Shown here: piece after piece, positions 1 through 10,096 of the stretch
Layout: each line of letters begins with the position of its first letter
Position numbering within the stretch: position 1 is the stretch's first letter
Assembly (NCBI GenBank): GCA_963708295.1
Contig: CAVPSJ010000004.1
Span: forward strand, 576,001 to 640,000
Source of the DNA: an uncultured delta proteobacterium
GTDB lineage: Bacteria > Desulfobacterota > BSN033 > UBA1163
DNA length: 64,000 nucleotides
Reading direction: 5' to 3'
Translations under genes and position numbers: made by a program
Notes under the pieces: model-generated
Database searches by the model: none
Told to the model about the DNA's origin: nothing
What the model saw: only the letters and a program-made list of their open reading frames with translations

Positions 1-59
1 CAGGGAGTATTTTCTTATTCTTTATATTTCTGAGCTGGTATTTTATTGATAAGAATTCA

Positions 60-492
60 TTGCAGACACATATGTGTTTTTTTCTGCGGGATAAATCCGT
101 GAGTGTAGGATTTGTTACTATTATTCTTTATCTCGTATTTGGGTATCTTATGGGGCTTATGGTAATGGAATTTGGGGACTGTTTTAATTGGATCATTAAG
201 AAGAAGGAAACTTTTAAGGACGAAATAAGACTTGCCAACACTTCGGCTTTTGTTTGGACAAATTACATTGAGAGATACAACTTGCTCTTTTATACAAAAA
301 GAAACCTTGCTGCTGTGTTCTTCCTTATTGGATTGGTTTCAGTTATTTTATTTTTTTCATTTGAAAGGAATCCGTTTTTCAATTTATGCCATAATTGCTT
401 CAGCAATTGTTTGTATTTTTTCCGATAATTTTTGCTTATCGTGCATTCAAGGATTTTAGCAAACGGCTAAGAACCGCTTTGGAAAACACTTG
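60..492 (+). pseudogene. Hydrophobic membrane protein fragment, probably 5'-truncated by the window, with apparent frameshifts in T-runs
   Basis: Hydrophobic segments continue across frames (..SVILF / FHLKGIRFSIYAIIASAIV / FPIIFAYRAFKDFSKRLRTALENT*), switching at poly-T runs near 350 and 420. Confidence 0.35.
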
Positions 493-504
493 ATCTGAAG
501 GAAA

Positions 505-958
505 ATGATATATTTCGCATACGGGTCAAATCTGAATCTCAGCCAAATGAAAGCGAGATGTCCAGGGGGAAAAAAGATTGGAATCGGGCGTCTCAATGGT
601 TATGAAATGTGTTTCCCAAGAAAAAGCTCCTCGCGACAAGGGAAAGGAGTCGCCAGCATTTGTGACAAGCCAGGTGCTTTTGTTGAAGGAGTCTTGTTTC
701 AACTTACAAATTCCGATTGGGATAGGCTTGACGAGTGTGAGGGAGTTCCAAGTTCTTATACTCGGAAGTTAGTTATGATATCAATGAATGACGGTACAGA
801 GTACCGCTGCGGAGACTTACATTGCTAACACAATGGAAGGGGGCCCCTTCAAACCCTCAAAGGCATACATCGACCTCATAATTCATGGAGCAACGGAAAA
901 TGGGCTATCAGTAGATTACATTGAAAAATTAAGAAAAGTCGAATGTGAAGAGGAATGA
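505..958 (+). pseudogene. Gamma-glutamylcyclotransferase (AIG2-like) family protein, frameshifted near 800
   Basis: N-terminal YFAYGSNL motif and LDECEG; C-terminal half (AETYIAN..KPSKAYIDLIIHGATENGLSVDYIEKL) lies in another frame ending at TGA 956-958. Confidence 0.75.
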
Positions 959-964
959 AAATAT

Positions 965-1186
965 TTAGAACTCTAATTCCCCGGACACTTCGGATTCGGA
1001 AAGAGTTATAGATTTCCCGGTCGCTTTAGCCCTACTTATTGATTTAGAAAACGCAATGTGAACACCCTCTATTGCAGTGGATGAACATACTGCTGCATGA
1101 AGCAAAGCTCGGCGTTTTAAGGGATTTTTCAGATATGGGTTAGTTTCGACCAGTGGCTTATGATTCACAATAAAAGGATAATACAA
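965..1186 (-). CDS. Small hypothetical protein with a Fic-antitoxin-like (S/T)xxxE(G/N) motif; start uncertain
   Basis: ETNPYLKNP...SSTAIEG. Confidence 0.4.
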   Translation of the reverse strand: MYYPFIVNHKPLVETNPYLKNPLKRRALLHAAVCSSTAIEGVHIAFSKSISRAKATGKSITLSESEVSGELEF

Positions 1187-1325
1187 CTCACTATAAAAGT
1201 AAATTTATAAACTTTTGCCTCAAGACCTTAGTCCGTATTACGGCTTGCGGATTTTTCCTTTACATATTCAAGGAGGACTGAAAATAGGGCGGTTGTTCTA
1301 TTTGTTAAGAGATTACGACGGTGGC

Positions 1326-1805
1326 TCAGCATTTTCCTCGACGATGGATATCCTTCATTTCCTTCTGAGTACACTCTTCACAAAAGTATTGGTCTCCTTT
1401 GATTGAGTGGCCATCATAACCTAAAGAGATTACGACGCCGCATTTTGCACATTTGGTGGGTAAGTAGGCAGGTGGATTTTCAAGTTTTTGGAAGTTAAAT
1501 TCATTCGTCCCATAAAAGACATATATCTCTGTTTCAAAGGAATCCCTGCATTTCGGGCAATCTTTCCAGTGGCCCGAATGTTCTTCAGTATGATGGTATG
1601 CGCAAAGGGTGTAGCGGCTGTGATTTCTATGGCAGCTATTTCTTGCATAGGAAAAGGGAACGTACTTGTCTTCATCATCACAGATCCACTGATTGCAGCA
1701 TTCCGTCTTCGTCAGTTTCTTTGTTTTCCCGCAAAGTCCGCACCTTGGCTTGCTTTCATTTTTGCTCCTTTTTCCTGTCGTCCTGGGTTTTGCTTTAGTG
1801 GCCAT
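1326..1805 (-). CDS. Cys/His-rich putative zinc-binding hypothetical protein
   Basis: CGLC, CC, CPKC, CAKC, CEEC motifs; follows the PIN gene on the same strand. Confidence 0.7.
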   Translation of the reverse strand: MATKAKPRTTGKRSKNESKPRCGLCGKTKKLTKTECCNQWICDDEDKYVPFSYARNSCHRNHSRYTLCAYHHTEEHSGHWKDCPKCRDSFETEIYVFYGTNEFNFQKLENPPAYLPTKCAKCGVVISLGYDGHSIKGDQYFCEECTQKEMKDIHRRGKC

Positions 1806-1832
1806 ATTCTTTATGAGCAATAAACGTTGCAG

Positions 1833-2261
1833 TTATAAGAACAAGAGTCTTAGAAACTCGGAGGGGGATAGTATCTTTGTCCCTTCGTATTCTTTCAAAG
1901 GCAGGAGATGCTTTCTGTCACCAGAAATCAGGTATTGAACTCTTCCTTCAATGGCACATTCTAAAATGCGATTATCATCTTCCTTTCCTTTAATTACCGA
2001 GACTTTGTTCTTCGGTTGGATCAGGATTGTCTTGGCTTTGATTTTTTCCATCGCGTGCTTAATTTGATCTCTGTCCCAACTGAAATCCTTCTTAAGCGTC
2101 TCTTCTAACTCTTTTAAAATAAAAGAAGAGATACAGGCCTCAATATCCCCTCTCCAGATCAAATCTAAGACCTCTCTGGGTTTACCTTTGAAGGTTAATC
2201 CAGAAACAAAAACATTGGTGTCTATGACCACCTTTAATTTTGATTTACTTTCGGCGGGCAT
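1833..2261 (-). CDS. PIN-domain toxin (VapC-like)
   Basis: VVIDTNVFVSG, DDNRILECA, YLISGDRKHLL motifs; overlaps the upstream antitoxin. Confidence 0.9.
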   Translation of the reverse strand: MPAESKSKLKVVIDTNVFVSGLTFKGKPREVLDLIWRGDIEACISSFILKELEETLKKDFSWDRDQIKHAMEKIKAKTILIQPKNKVSVIKGKEDDNRILECAIEGRVQYLISGDRKHLLPLKEYEGTKILSPSEFLRLLFL

Positions 2262-2481
2262 CGATAATTTCTTCTATTTTATCTTCGGTAATTCCCTTTT
2301 CCCTGGCCTTCATCTCTGCATAACGGTAGATTTTTTTCCATTCCTGTTCCTCAGCATATCTCCGGAGGGCTTCTCTCAAGAGCTCGCTCCTTGTTCTACC
2401 TTCTTCTTTCATTAGCTCCTCAATTTTATCTACCATCTCGGGAGGTAAAGATAGGGTTATCGTTTTTGTGACCCTCGCCAT
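2245..2481 (-). CDS. CopG/ribbon-helix-helix antitoxin
   Basis: TITLSLPPEM..RSELLREALRRY RHH pattern; coupled to PIN gene. Confidence 0.88.
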   Translation of the reverse strand: MARVTKTITLSLPPEMVDKIEELMKEEGRTRSELLREALRRYAEEQEWKKIYRYAEMKAREKGITEDKIEEIIDARRK

Positions 2482-2689
2482 AGCTCGACTCCTTTGTTGT
2501 TACTTAGTGTTACTGGATAAATTATAGCAAATATGGATTTGCTGTCAAGGGATTATGAGTAATCCCAGGAATTCGAGTGCCGATTTGATCTGAGCGAAAA
2601 TATATGCTATTGGGAAGGCTAGTTAACCGAGTCTACACTCTGCATAGGGGTTAGGCCGTGACAAAACTAAGTGAAAAGGCCAAACGAGC

Positions 2690-3349
2690 ATGAATAATCC
2701 TGGACATCTCAAATGGATCGGTTTCGGCGTATTGGTCGGTTTTGGGGCTTCTTTTGTTTTTGGCGATTTGATTACCCTGCCCCCGGACCTCTATTACCTC
2801 ATCTACTTCGGGATCATCATAAGTTTCTTCACGATCTACATCAAAAAGACTCAATTGAATCTGAAGGAATGGGTTTCCAGAAGATTGGTTTGGGGAATCT
2901 TGCTTGGGGTGATCTTTGGAGCTTTGATGGTTCAGAACGTCCTGTCAAGGCCGGCGACTGAGAAATTCACAGGGCCTTATTTGGCCTGGCTTATATTTTG
3001 GAGGGGATTGATTTACGGAGCGATCGATGGGTTGCTTCTGTCAGCATTTCCATGGATCGTGACCTGGCGGGCTTTTGATGTCGAGAAGAAACCATTCGGG
3101 AAGAAAATAGCATTTGGATTTCTGGCCTGGCTTTTCATCCTCGCATTGACGACGGCTTATCATCTGGGCTACTCCGATTTCCGGTCGAAGAAGATCATCC
3201 AGCCGAATATAGGAAATACCATTATTTCCGTTCCGACATTGGTCTCTGGAAATCCCATCGGCTCGCCAATCGTTCACGCAATCATGCACATTACGGCTAT
3301 TATCCACTCCCCCAAAACCGACCTTTTTCTACCCCCCCACCGGGAATGA
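2690..3349 (+). CDS. Multi-pass membrane protein, possibly CPBP/Abi-like
   Basis: 219 aa, about 5-6 TM segments, His motifs AYHLGY and HAIMH. Confidence 0.7.
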   Translation: MNNPGHLKWIGFGVLVGFGASFVFGDLITLPPDLYYLIYFGIIISFFTIYIKKTQLNLKEWVSRRLVWGILLGVIFGALMVQNVLSRPATEKFTGPYLAWLIFWRGLIYGAIDGLLLSAFPWIVTWRAFDVEKKPFGKKIAFGFLAWLFILALTTAYHLGYSDFRSKKIIQPNIGNTIISVPTLVSGNPIGSPIVHAIMHITAIIHSPKTDLFLPPHRE

Positions 3350-3434
3350 TAAGAAAGTGGAATCATGAAGGCTCTCTATCCTGCGAGGATAGAAAGGAAT
3401 CACCTTCGCGAGGACGAAAGAGGATTGCCACATC

Positions 3435-5072
3435 TCATTGCCGATACCCGAATCGTTCTTCGAAGATAAGCGCGATCAGGTTGTCCACCGGGACATAATC
3501 ATCCGTCAGGATCACAGAATAGCGCTCTTTTAAATATTCCTGCAATTGGTCCTGAGACATCACATAGGAGGTCATCTCTCCTCCCTTTCTTTTCACGGTC
3601 CTGACGAAATCATCCATATCCAACTTCTGCGGGCTCGCCACGACAACAAAGGTGCTGATCCCGATATGTTCATAATCCGAACTCAGGGTAATGAGATGGA
3701 CGTTCCCTTTCCCAAACACTTCTTCTAGCGTTCGAATATAGGAAGGCATGAAGGCCCCTTTTTTAAAACTATCGATCACATTGGCCATGAGCACCCCGTC
3801 CGGTTTGAGAAGGCCTTTCATCTGCGCGGCAAATTCCTTGGTCGTCAGGTGATAGGGGATCGAAAGGTCATTGAAGGCATCCCCAAAGATAAAATCGTAG
3901 CTCCCCTTCTCTTTACAATTCATTACAAACCAGCGGCCATCCTCGTTGAAGGAACGAATCTTCGTATTCTCTGGAACACCGAGATGTTTTTGGGCGACCC
4001 TGGTGATCTCCGGATCGATCTCCACCACGTGGGTCTCGGCTTTGGGATACTTTGCTTCGATAAAACGAGGGAAGGTATATCCTCCGCCTCCCAGAAAGAG
4101 GCTCCGGAAAGCCCCCCGTTTCATCGCCTGCCATCTCACCATCTCCTCATAGATCCGGATATATTCATACTCGAGATACGAGGGATCGTTTAAGTCCGTA
4201 TAAGAATGAACCAGATGATCAAGGACGAGAGACTCCAGGGGCTTTCCATTGTTTCCGCTGGCACTTTTCTTTACTTTAATCGTATAGTAATCGCTCTCCT
4301 TGAAAAAACGAGTCTCCTCTTCAAAAGGATATTTGAAAGCATGCTCGTAAAATGCCTTTACGGATTCAATGGGGGAGGACGGAAAGGAAAACTCGTCCGG
4401 GTAGGTGATGGCATAAACGCGCAATCCTATGATGGGAAGGGAAAATGAAAGGAACAGAAAAAGAAGAAGGAGCGCAAGGGCTTTCTTGCTCCTGAAGAAG
4501 CCCCCGAAGACCATAGCAGAAATGACGAGAATGATTCCCATGGTCAAAAGGATGGAGCGGGTCCCCATCCAGGAGATGAGATAGAATCCCGTCGCAAAGG
4601 TCCCGAGAATGGAGCCAAGGGTGGAGAAGGCATAAATCTTTCCGACGACGTTGCCTGCTTTCTCAAGATTGTTGAGGGTCAATTTGACGACGACAGGAGA
4701 GATCATTCCAAGAAGACAGGAAGGAACGAAAAAGATGAGGGCGGTGATCAGCAAGATCCGTGTCATCAAACTCGTGTGAAATTGGGCTCCCCCGGCCAAA
4801 TTGGTCAACGGGGAAATGGAGAATGCCCCCAGACCGGAAAGAAAAAGAAGCCACCCCAGTGTGGAGGAGCTGGGATATCGGTCGGCGATCCGGCCTCCCA
4901 GATAGGCTCCGATGCTGATGCCGGCAAGGACCACCCCGATGATGCTGGTCCAGGTGTAGAGAGAAACACCAACATACGGGGCCATGATTCTTCCTGCCAC
5001 CAGCTCAATGACCAGCGTGCAGAAACTTGCAATAAAGACGACCATATTTGCTTTAATCACTTGTCTTTGCAT
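3435..5072 (-). CDS. Fused membrane (MFS-like)/spermidine synthase-like SAM-dependent protein
   Basis: N-terminal TM domain (ELVAGRIMAPYVGVSLYTW, GKIYAFSTLGSILG); C-terminal LGGGG, VEIDP, DGR, DAF, LTDDYVP motifs. Confidence 0.9.
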   Translation of the reverse strand: MQRQVIKANMVVFIASFCTLVIELVAGRIMAPYVGVSLYTWTSIIGVVLAGISIGAYLGGRIADRYPSSSTLGWLLFLSGLGAFSISPLTNLAGGAQFHTSLMTRILLITALIFFVPSCLLGMISPVVVKLTLNNLEKAGNVVGKIYAFSTLGSILGTFATGFYLISWMGTRSILLTMGIILVISAMVFGGFFRSKKALALLLLFLFLSFSLPIIGLRVYAITYPDEFSFPSSPIESVKAFYEHAFKYPFEEETRFFKESDYYTIKVKKSASGNNGKPLESLVLDHLVHSYTDLNDPSYLEYEYIRIYEEMVRWQAMKRGAFRSLFLGGGGYTFPRFIEAKYPKAETHVVEIDPEITRVAQKHLGVPENTKIRSFNEDGRWFVMNCKEKGSYDFIFGDAFNDLSIPYHLTTKEFAAQMKGLLKPDGVLMANVIDSFKKGAFMPSYIRTLEEVFGKGNVHLITLSSDYEHIGISTFVVVASPQKLDMDDFVRTVKRKGGEMTSYVMSQDQLQEYLKERYSVILTDDYVPVDNLIALIFEERFGYRQ

Positions 5073-5183
5073 AGGTTATCCTCTTCTTCCAAAGGGTAAG
5101 CGCTGTATACGAGGTCTCCGATATCCCCGCCATGCTGAAATTTTTTCAGCATCTTTGTCTTTGAAAACCCGTAGATCTGGCAC

Positions 5184-5422
5184 GAAGTGATGAACGAATG
5201 TGAATCAACAAGCTCGGGATGGCGACTACGGATTACGGAAAGATCGTGGCAGCCTCCTTGTCACGGCCCGTACCAACTCCGTCGGTTTGGAAGCGGACCC
5301 AGCCGATTTTTCGACCCACCCTTGAACTGAACCGTTTGACTGCCGGGTTTGTCCCTGACTCCGCTCAGGATGATGATCTCGGCGAGCCAAAGGCCGGGGC
5401 CTGCCCAACGTTCACACACTTC
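5184..5422. other. Structured non-coding element with paired ends; candidate IS110-derived non-coding end or 6S-like RNA
   Basis: GAAGTGATGAACG (5184-5196) is complementary to CGTTCACACACTTC (5409-5422); no convincing ORF inside. Confidence 0.35.
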
Positions 5423-5517
5423 GATAAATTCGGTGTCCTGAGCCCTTCGATATACTCACGACCTTGAGTTTATCGAAAGGCTTGCCTATGGAAGCCGAGC
5501 CGTTTTTCCCTGACGAA

Positions 5518-5805
5518 TTATTCTTTTATCCTTCGGAGTTCCATCACCACGGGATTGAGTGGATCAGAACAGGCAACGGTGGTCTTGTCTCGATCTTCTT
5601 CCCATGGATATCCTCCCCCATGCCGGAGCACTCGCCACGATGGAAAGGCAGCGTTAAACGCAGATGGACAAATCGCTCGTGGGTCTCCTGACATCCCTAA
5701 GAGAAAATCCTTACTCAGGTCAAACTCCTGGCCTACAAAATGTTTGGCTGCGCAGGTCCCTTTAACCGAAATAATTTTCAAGATCACCTTCTCCGGATTT
5801 GCCAT
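5518..5805 (-). CDS. TIGR04076-like small Cys-containing protein
   Basis: VKGTC..H..GQEF, ICPSAF, ACSDP.NPVVMEL pattern; GGAG RBS. Confidence 0.8.
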   Translation of the reverse strand: MANPEKVILKIISVKGTCAAKHFVGQEFDLSKDFLLGMSGDPRAICPSAFNAAFPSWRVLRHGGGYPWEEDRDKTTVACSDPLNPVVMELRRIKE

Positions 5806-6155
5806 GAATCAATCTCCTCCAGTCCGTTATTTTTGTCTTTCCAATGGATTATCAATTAGAAATCGTTTGGTTGTCAACCCTTCGACCCACGCTTGCCCTC
5901 CCTGAGCGATGAAGCCTAGGAGGGGATTTACCGTGGTCGCGGAGACGCAAAAAATTGGGGAGGGGAGGCCAAAGGATGGTATTTGTCCCGCCGGGGGTAT
6001 CACAGGGCTATGCCTCGAAGAAAATTCTAAAACCCTTTACAAGAAAGAGTCAATGAAATTAAAATAGTCACAAGACGAGATCCGGCAAAGCGAAAGATAA
6101 TGGCCCGGCATTATCCCTGTTTCGTTGCCCAATTTTCATTCCCTAAGGAGAGAAA

Positions 6156-6246
6156 ACCCCGTTAGAAAGTCTTCAACGGGGTTCGCCGAAAAAGGAATTG
6201 TTTTCATCCCCGCGGCAGGAGAGCGGAAAATTCTTTCTAACGGGGT
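6156..6246. mobile_element. MITE-like element with 14-bp terminal inverted repeats
   Basis: ACCCCGTTAGAAAG (6156-6169) and CTTTCTAACGGGGT (6233-6246). Confidence 0.6.
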
Positions 6247-6254
6247 AAATCGAT

Positions 6255-6605
6255 ATGCCAATTCACGAATACCGGTGTGAAGATTGTGGGAAGATCTCCG
6301 AATTTCTCTTAATCAAAAGCGAGGACGCTTTTATCCCCCAATGCAAAAGATGTAAAAGTAAGAAGATGTCTCGTGTCCTCTCGAAGGTAAGAGTGATCCG
6401 TTCGGAGGAGAGCAGAATGGAGAGCTTGGCCGACCCATCGAAGTGGAGCGGCCTGAACGAGAAGGATCCGAAGAGTATGGCAAAATGGATGAAAAAGATG
6501 GGCAAAGAGATGGGAGAGGACATGGGTGAAGACGTAGACCAGATGGTGGATGAGGCGATGGAAGAAGAGGGGGGTTCGGAGTCAGGCAAAGAAGCAGAAG
6601 ACTAA
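6255..6605 (+). CDS. FmdB-family zinc ribbon protein
   Basis: MPIHEYRCEDC...CKRCKS motif with acidic C-terminus. Confidence 0.88.
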   Translation: MPIHEYRCEDCGKISEFLLIKSEDAFIPQCKRCKSKKMSRVLSKVRVIRSEESRMESLADPSKWSGLNEKDPKSMAKWMKKMGKEMGEDMGEDVDQMVDEAMEEEGGSESGKEAED

Positions 6606-6841
6606 AACCAAATGTCAAAGTTCAAATATGAAGCTCTCCACCCACAGGGCGGGGGCTTCCCGAAAAGGAAGTTTCGTTCGTATTGTGCCCCTTGACCCCG
6701 CCTATCAGGCGGGGCTTGCGGGGCACGTCCCGGCCAAATGAATACCAAATGACTCAATGTCAAATTTTTGAAAGCTGGAAATTAAGCTCCATTTGAAATA
6801 GAATCCCCTTCAGTTCATCGCTGCGTATGAGGTTTGCCATT

Positions 6842-8170
6842 TCACAGCTTTTGGATGGGTCCGTTTAAGAACTCCAGGGCACTGGCGGCGTAGATTTTCG
6901 CCGTAAGCTCAAGATCCTCGACAGAAACCCATTCGTCCTTCTGATGGGGAATCATCCATTTCCCGGCACCGATCGTCACAATCGGAATTCCCGCCCAGGC
7001 AGAGAGAAAGGTGCCGTCCGTCGCTCCCGGCACACCTCCGTAAGTCGGTTCCTTTCCCGTGACGGATTGGATCGCTTTCGAAACGGCCTGGACAATTCGT
7101 TCCTCCCGAGACGTCTTCGTCCAAGGCCGATCTTCAAACACATTAAGTTTTGACTGAAACGATATTCCTTTGGAAAGGCTCGTCTCAAGTGTCTCTCTGA
7201 TCTCTCTTAAAGGGCCGGAATCGAGACTGGCATTGACGGATTTCTCTTCCTCTTTGACAATTTCTTCCAACTGTTTCTTCAGGGCCTCATGAGGCTGACC
7301 CGGAACGGTCCGGATGTCAAGGAGCGCCCTGCACTGGGACGGGAGGACGTTAAGCTGCGGCTCTCCCTTCACAGGTGCCTGAAGCACAGTGGGTGTGATG
7401 CTGGGGTATCCTAGAAAGGCATCCTTTCCCAACCTTTCAATCTCCTCTTCCTCTAATAACCTCATTCTTTCCAGGATCGATATCATGGGAGGAATGGGAT
7501 TGAGACCGGTTAAAGGCATGGCCCCGTGGCTCATCTTTCCAACCGTGACCAATTCAGCCCGTAGGGCCCCTTTCTGCGTAATGCAGAGTTGATTGTCCAC
7601 GGGTTCGCAGATGATGGCCGCACTGACGCCGTTGGCCCATCCCTGACGGATAAAATGCTTTACCCCGCTCATCATCCCTTCTTCATCGACGAGGATCCCC
7701 AAAAGAATTCTGCCCTTGAAAGGAATGCCGGATTGACTGATCGCATGGACAGCCCTGACGGCAGCTGCCAGGTTTCCTTTGGTGTCACAGGCCCCTCTCC
7801 CGTAGATTCGATTCCCCGCGAATTTCCCTTCAAACGGGCCATATTTCCACTCGGAGGCATCGCCTTCGGTGACCACGTCGGTGTGACATTCAAACATCAG
7901 ACAGGGCCCGTCACTTTCACCTTGAAGGACAGCGATGACATTGGGAGAGCCCGGTTCCACTTCTTCGACCACCACGTCGAGCCCCATCTCCTCCAGAAAA
8001 TGGGAGAGGAAAAAGGCAACCTTCTCCTCATTGCCGCCTTCTTTCTGGCTTCTCACACTCGGAATTCGGATCAAATCCTGCGTGAGTTTGATCAACTCCT
8101 CTCTCTTAATCTCCCTCAACAATCGTTCAATCTTCAAGGGTCTCTCCTTTTCAATAATAAGAGGAATCAA
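6842..8170 (-). CDS. M20 family metallo-hydrolase (ArgE/DapE-like)
   Basis: HTDVV, GRGACDTKG, DEEG, GATDG, HQKDE motifs. Confidence 0.92.
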   Translation of the reverse strand: MIPLIIEKERPLKIERLLREIKREELIKLTQDLIRIPSVRSQKEGGNEEKVAFFLSHFLEEMGLDVVVEEVEPGSPNVIAVLQGESDGPCLMFECHTDVVTEGDASEWKYGPFEGKFAGNRIYGRGACDTKGNLAAAVRAVHAISQSGIPFKGRILLGILVDEEGMMSGVKHFIRQGWANGVSAAIICEPVDNQLCITQKGALRAELVTVGKMSHGAMPLTGLNPIPPMISILERMRLLEEEEIERLGKDAFLGYPSITPTVLQAPVKGEPQLNVLPSQCRALLDIRTVPGQPHEALKKQLEEIVKEEEKSVNASLDSGPLREIRETLETSLSKGISFQSKLNVFEDRPWTKTSREERIVQAVSKAIQSVTGKEPTYGGVPGATDGTFLSAWAGIPIVTIGAGKWMIPHQKDEWVSVEDLELTAKIYAASALEFLNGPIQKL

Positions 8171-8340
8171 GGATTCTAGGGTTTATGGGTTCGAGGAATT
8201 CCCCCTCTTTGATATTCTTTTCCTGTCCTTGGACAAGCAAAGAGGGGTTCGGGGAGATTTTCAGAACAACTTATCTGCTCAGTTATGGACTCCTTAATAA
8301 CTTGGCCACGAGAATCCTATCCCCATCGAACCCTATGGCG

Positions 8341-9636
8341 TCAACCTGTACGAGTCGCTCGTATTTTTCCAAACGCTCGATCCAAGATCTGAACAGCCCG
8401 ATCAATATCCGCCTTCCCAATCGTTAACGGAGGGGTGATCCGGATGACATTTCCATAGAGACCGCCTTTTCCAATCAGGAGTCCCTGCTCCCTTGTGCTT
8501 TCGAAAATCTCCAAGACGGAATCCGGTGCGGGCTCCTTCTCCCCCTTTACGATCTCCATCCCTTGAATCAATCCCATCCCGCGAACCTCACCGATGATTT
8601 GATATTTTTCCTTCAGCTCGTTTAACCGATCTCTCAAATACAGACCCATCTTTTCGGCGTTCTGGGCGAGTTTTCTCTTCTCGATAGCCTCGATGGTAGC
8701 AAGGATAGCTGCCGCCGTAACCGGGTTCCCACCGAACGTGGAAAGGTGCGATCCCTTCAAAGAATCCCCCGCGTCCGGTGTTGCAATCGTGATACCCACC
8801 GGGGCACCGTTGGCTGCTCCTTTGGCCATTACCATGATGTCGGGCTCCACTTCCCAATGTTCGATCCCGAACATCTTTCCTCCTGTCCTTCCCCAGCCGG
8901 TTTGAACCTCATCACAGATAAAGAGCCCCCCATATTCTCTTACGATGGAAACGACTTCTCTGAAGTATTCTTTCGGCGGGGTGATGAATCCTCCGACTCC
9001 CTGAATGGGCTCCGCAATAAAGGCAGCGGGATGTCTGGAGGTCGTGGTCTCAATCAATTCTCTCACATCCTTCGCACAATCGAGATCGCAGTTTGGGTAT
9101 TCCTTTCCAAAGGCGCATCGAAAACAGTAGGCATTATGGGCGTGTTTGATACCGGGAACGAGACTTTCCAGTAGACGATAATTGCCGTGAGCTGTGATAT
9201 TCATCGTCAGGAGGGTTGCTCCGCTATAACCATGGCGAAGGGCGATGATCTCATGGCTTCCCGTATAAAGCTGTGCCAAAAGAATAGCCGTTTCGACGGC
9301 TTCCGATCCGCTACTCGTGAAGAAAGATTTCTGTAACTTGCCGGGGGTGATCTGGGCTAGCTTTTCAGCAAGAGAAACCACCGGAACATTGGGGTAGAGC
9401 GTCGAAGTATGCTGGAGCTTTTTTATCTGTTCACAAATCTTTGAAGTAACTTCATCGTCGCAGTGACCTAGACTAATGGTGACAATCCCTCCAAAAAAGT
9501 CGAGATATTCCTTCCCATCAATATCATAGACATACTTCCCCTTCCCACGGTCGAGAATGAGAGGTTCCTTATAATAAGTGGCCACACAAGGCACGAGGTA
9601 TTTCTTATGTTTCTCATAAATTTCATCCTTTTTCAT
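8341..9636 (-). CDS. Class III PLP aminotransferase (alanine-glyoxylate/GABA aminotransferase-like)
   Basis: SGSEA, AEPIQGVGG, DEVQTGWGRTG, MAKG, STFGGNP motifs. Confidence 0.93.
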   Translation of the reverse strand: MKKDEIYEKHKKYLVPCVATYYKEPLILDRGKGKYVYDIDGKEYLDFFGGIVTISLGHCDDEVTSKICEQIKKLQHTSTLYPNVPVVSLAEKLAQITPGKLQKSFFTSSGSEAVETAILLAQLYTGSHEIIALRHGYSGATLLTMNITAHGNYRLLESLVPGIKHAHNAYCFRCAFGKEYPNCDLDCAKDVRELIETTTSRHPAAFIAEPIQGVGGFITPPKEYFREVVSIVREYGGLFICDEVQTGWGRTGGKMFGIEHWEVEPDIMVMAKGAANGAPVGITIATPDAGDSLKGSHLSTFGGNPVTAAAILATIEAIEKRKLAQNAEKMGLYLRDRLNELKEKYQIIGEVRGMGLIQGMEIVKGEKEPAPDSVLEIFESTREQGLLIGKGGLYGNVIRITPPLTIGKADIDRAVQILDRAFGKIRATRTG

Positions 9637-9818
9637 CGAGATTTCCTCCGATCATAATGGGTGCGCCCTCATTTATCGGGCGCGATATGAGAATCGTTCC
9701 GGTTACCATCGGAACGCTATTCTAATAGGAAAATTAATGGAAATTATATCCGATGCCTTGGGATTAATAAAGGGTTTCCGGGTGGGACAATTAGAAGATT
9801 TGGCAAAAAATATCCTTT

Positions 9819-10096
9819 CAGGTCGATCAAAAAATGTCCAGATGCAAGTCGAGTCTGCGAAATCCCGTTTACGGGGGCGCCCGCAAGCCTTTCACCTGCC
9901 GTTCAGGCAGGCAATCCTTTGTAGGGAACGGTTTCAAACCGTTCCCTACGACGTACGCCGCAACAAGCCTGCCCCGTGCTTAACACGGGGAAAGATGAGG
10001 GGTGCCGTTGCGACGAATAAGGAGCAACTCTTGGCACGCCCGCGAGACGGTGAGGGGGCCGGACAACGCCGCGGGTGGGCATTTTTCATCGACCTG
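9819..10096. mobile_element. Composite MITE-like repeat with nested REP hairpins
   Basis: Ends CAGGTCGATCAAAAAATGTCCA / TGGGCATTTTTCATCGACCTG; related sequences at 53214-53330 and 54431-54660; internal GTAGGGAACG..CGTTCCCTAC palindrome at 9921-9949. Confidence 0.7.

Noticed and set aside
60-958. Programmed frameshifting in the first two genes (also at about 60327 and 62200)
   Set aside because: No consistent slippery motif or stimulator; pseudogenisation or assembly indels are simpler explanations and need read data.
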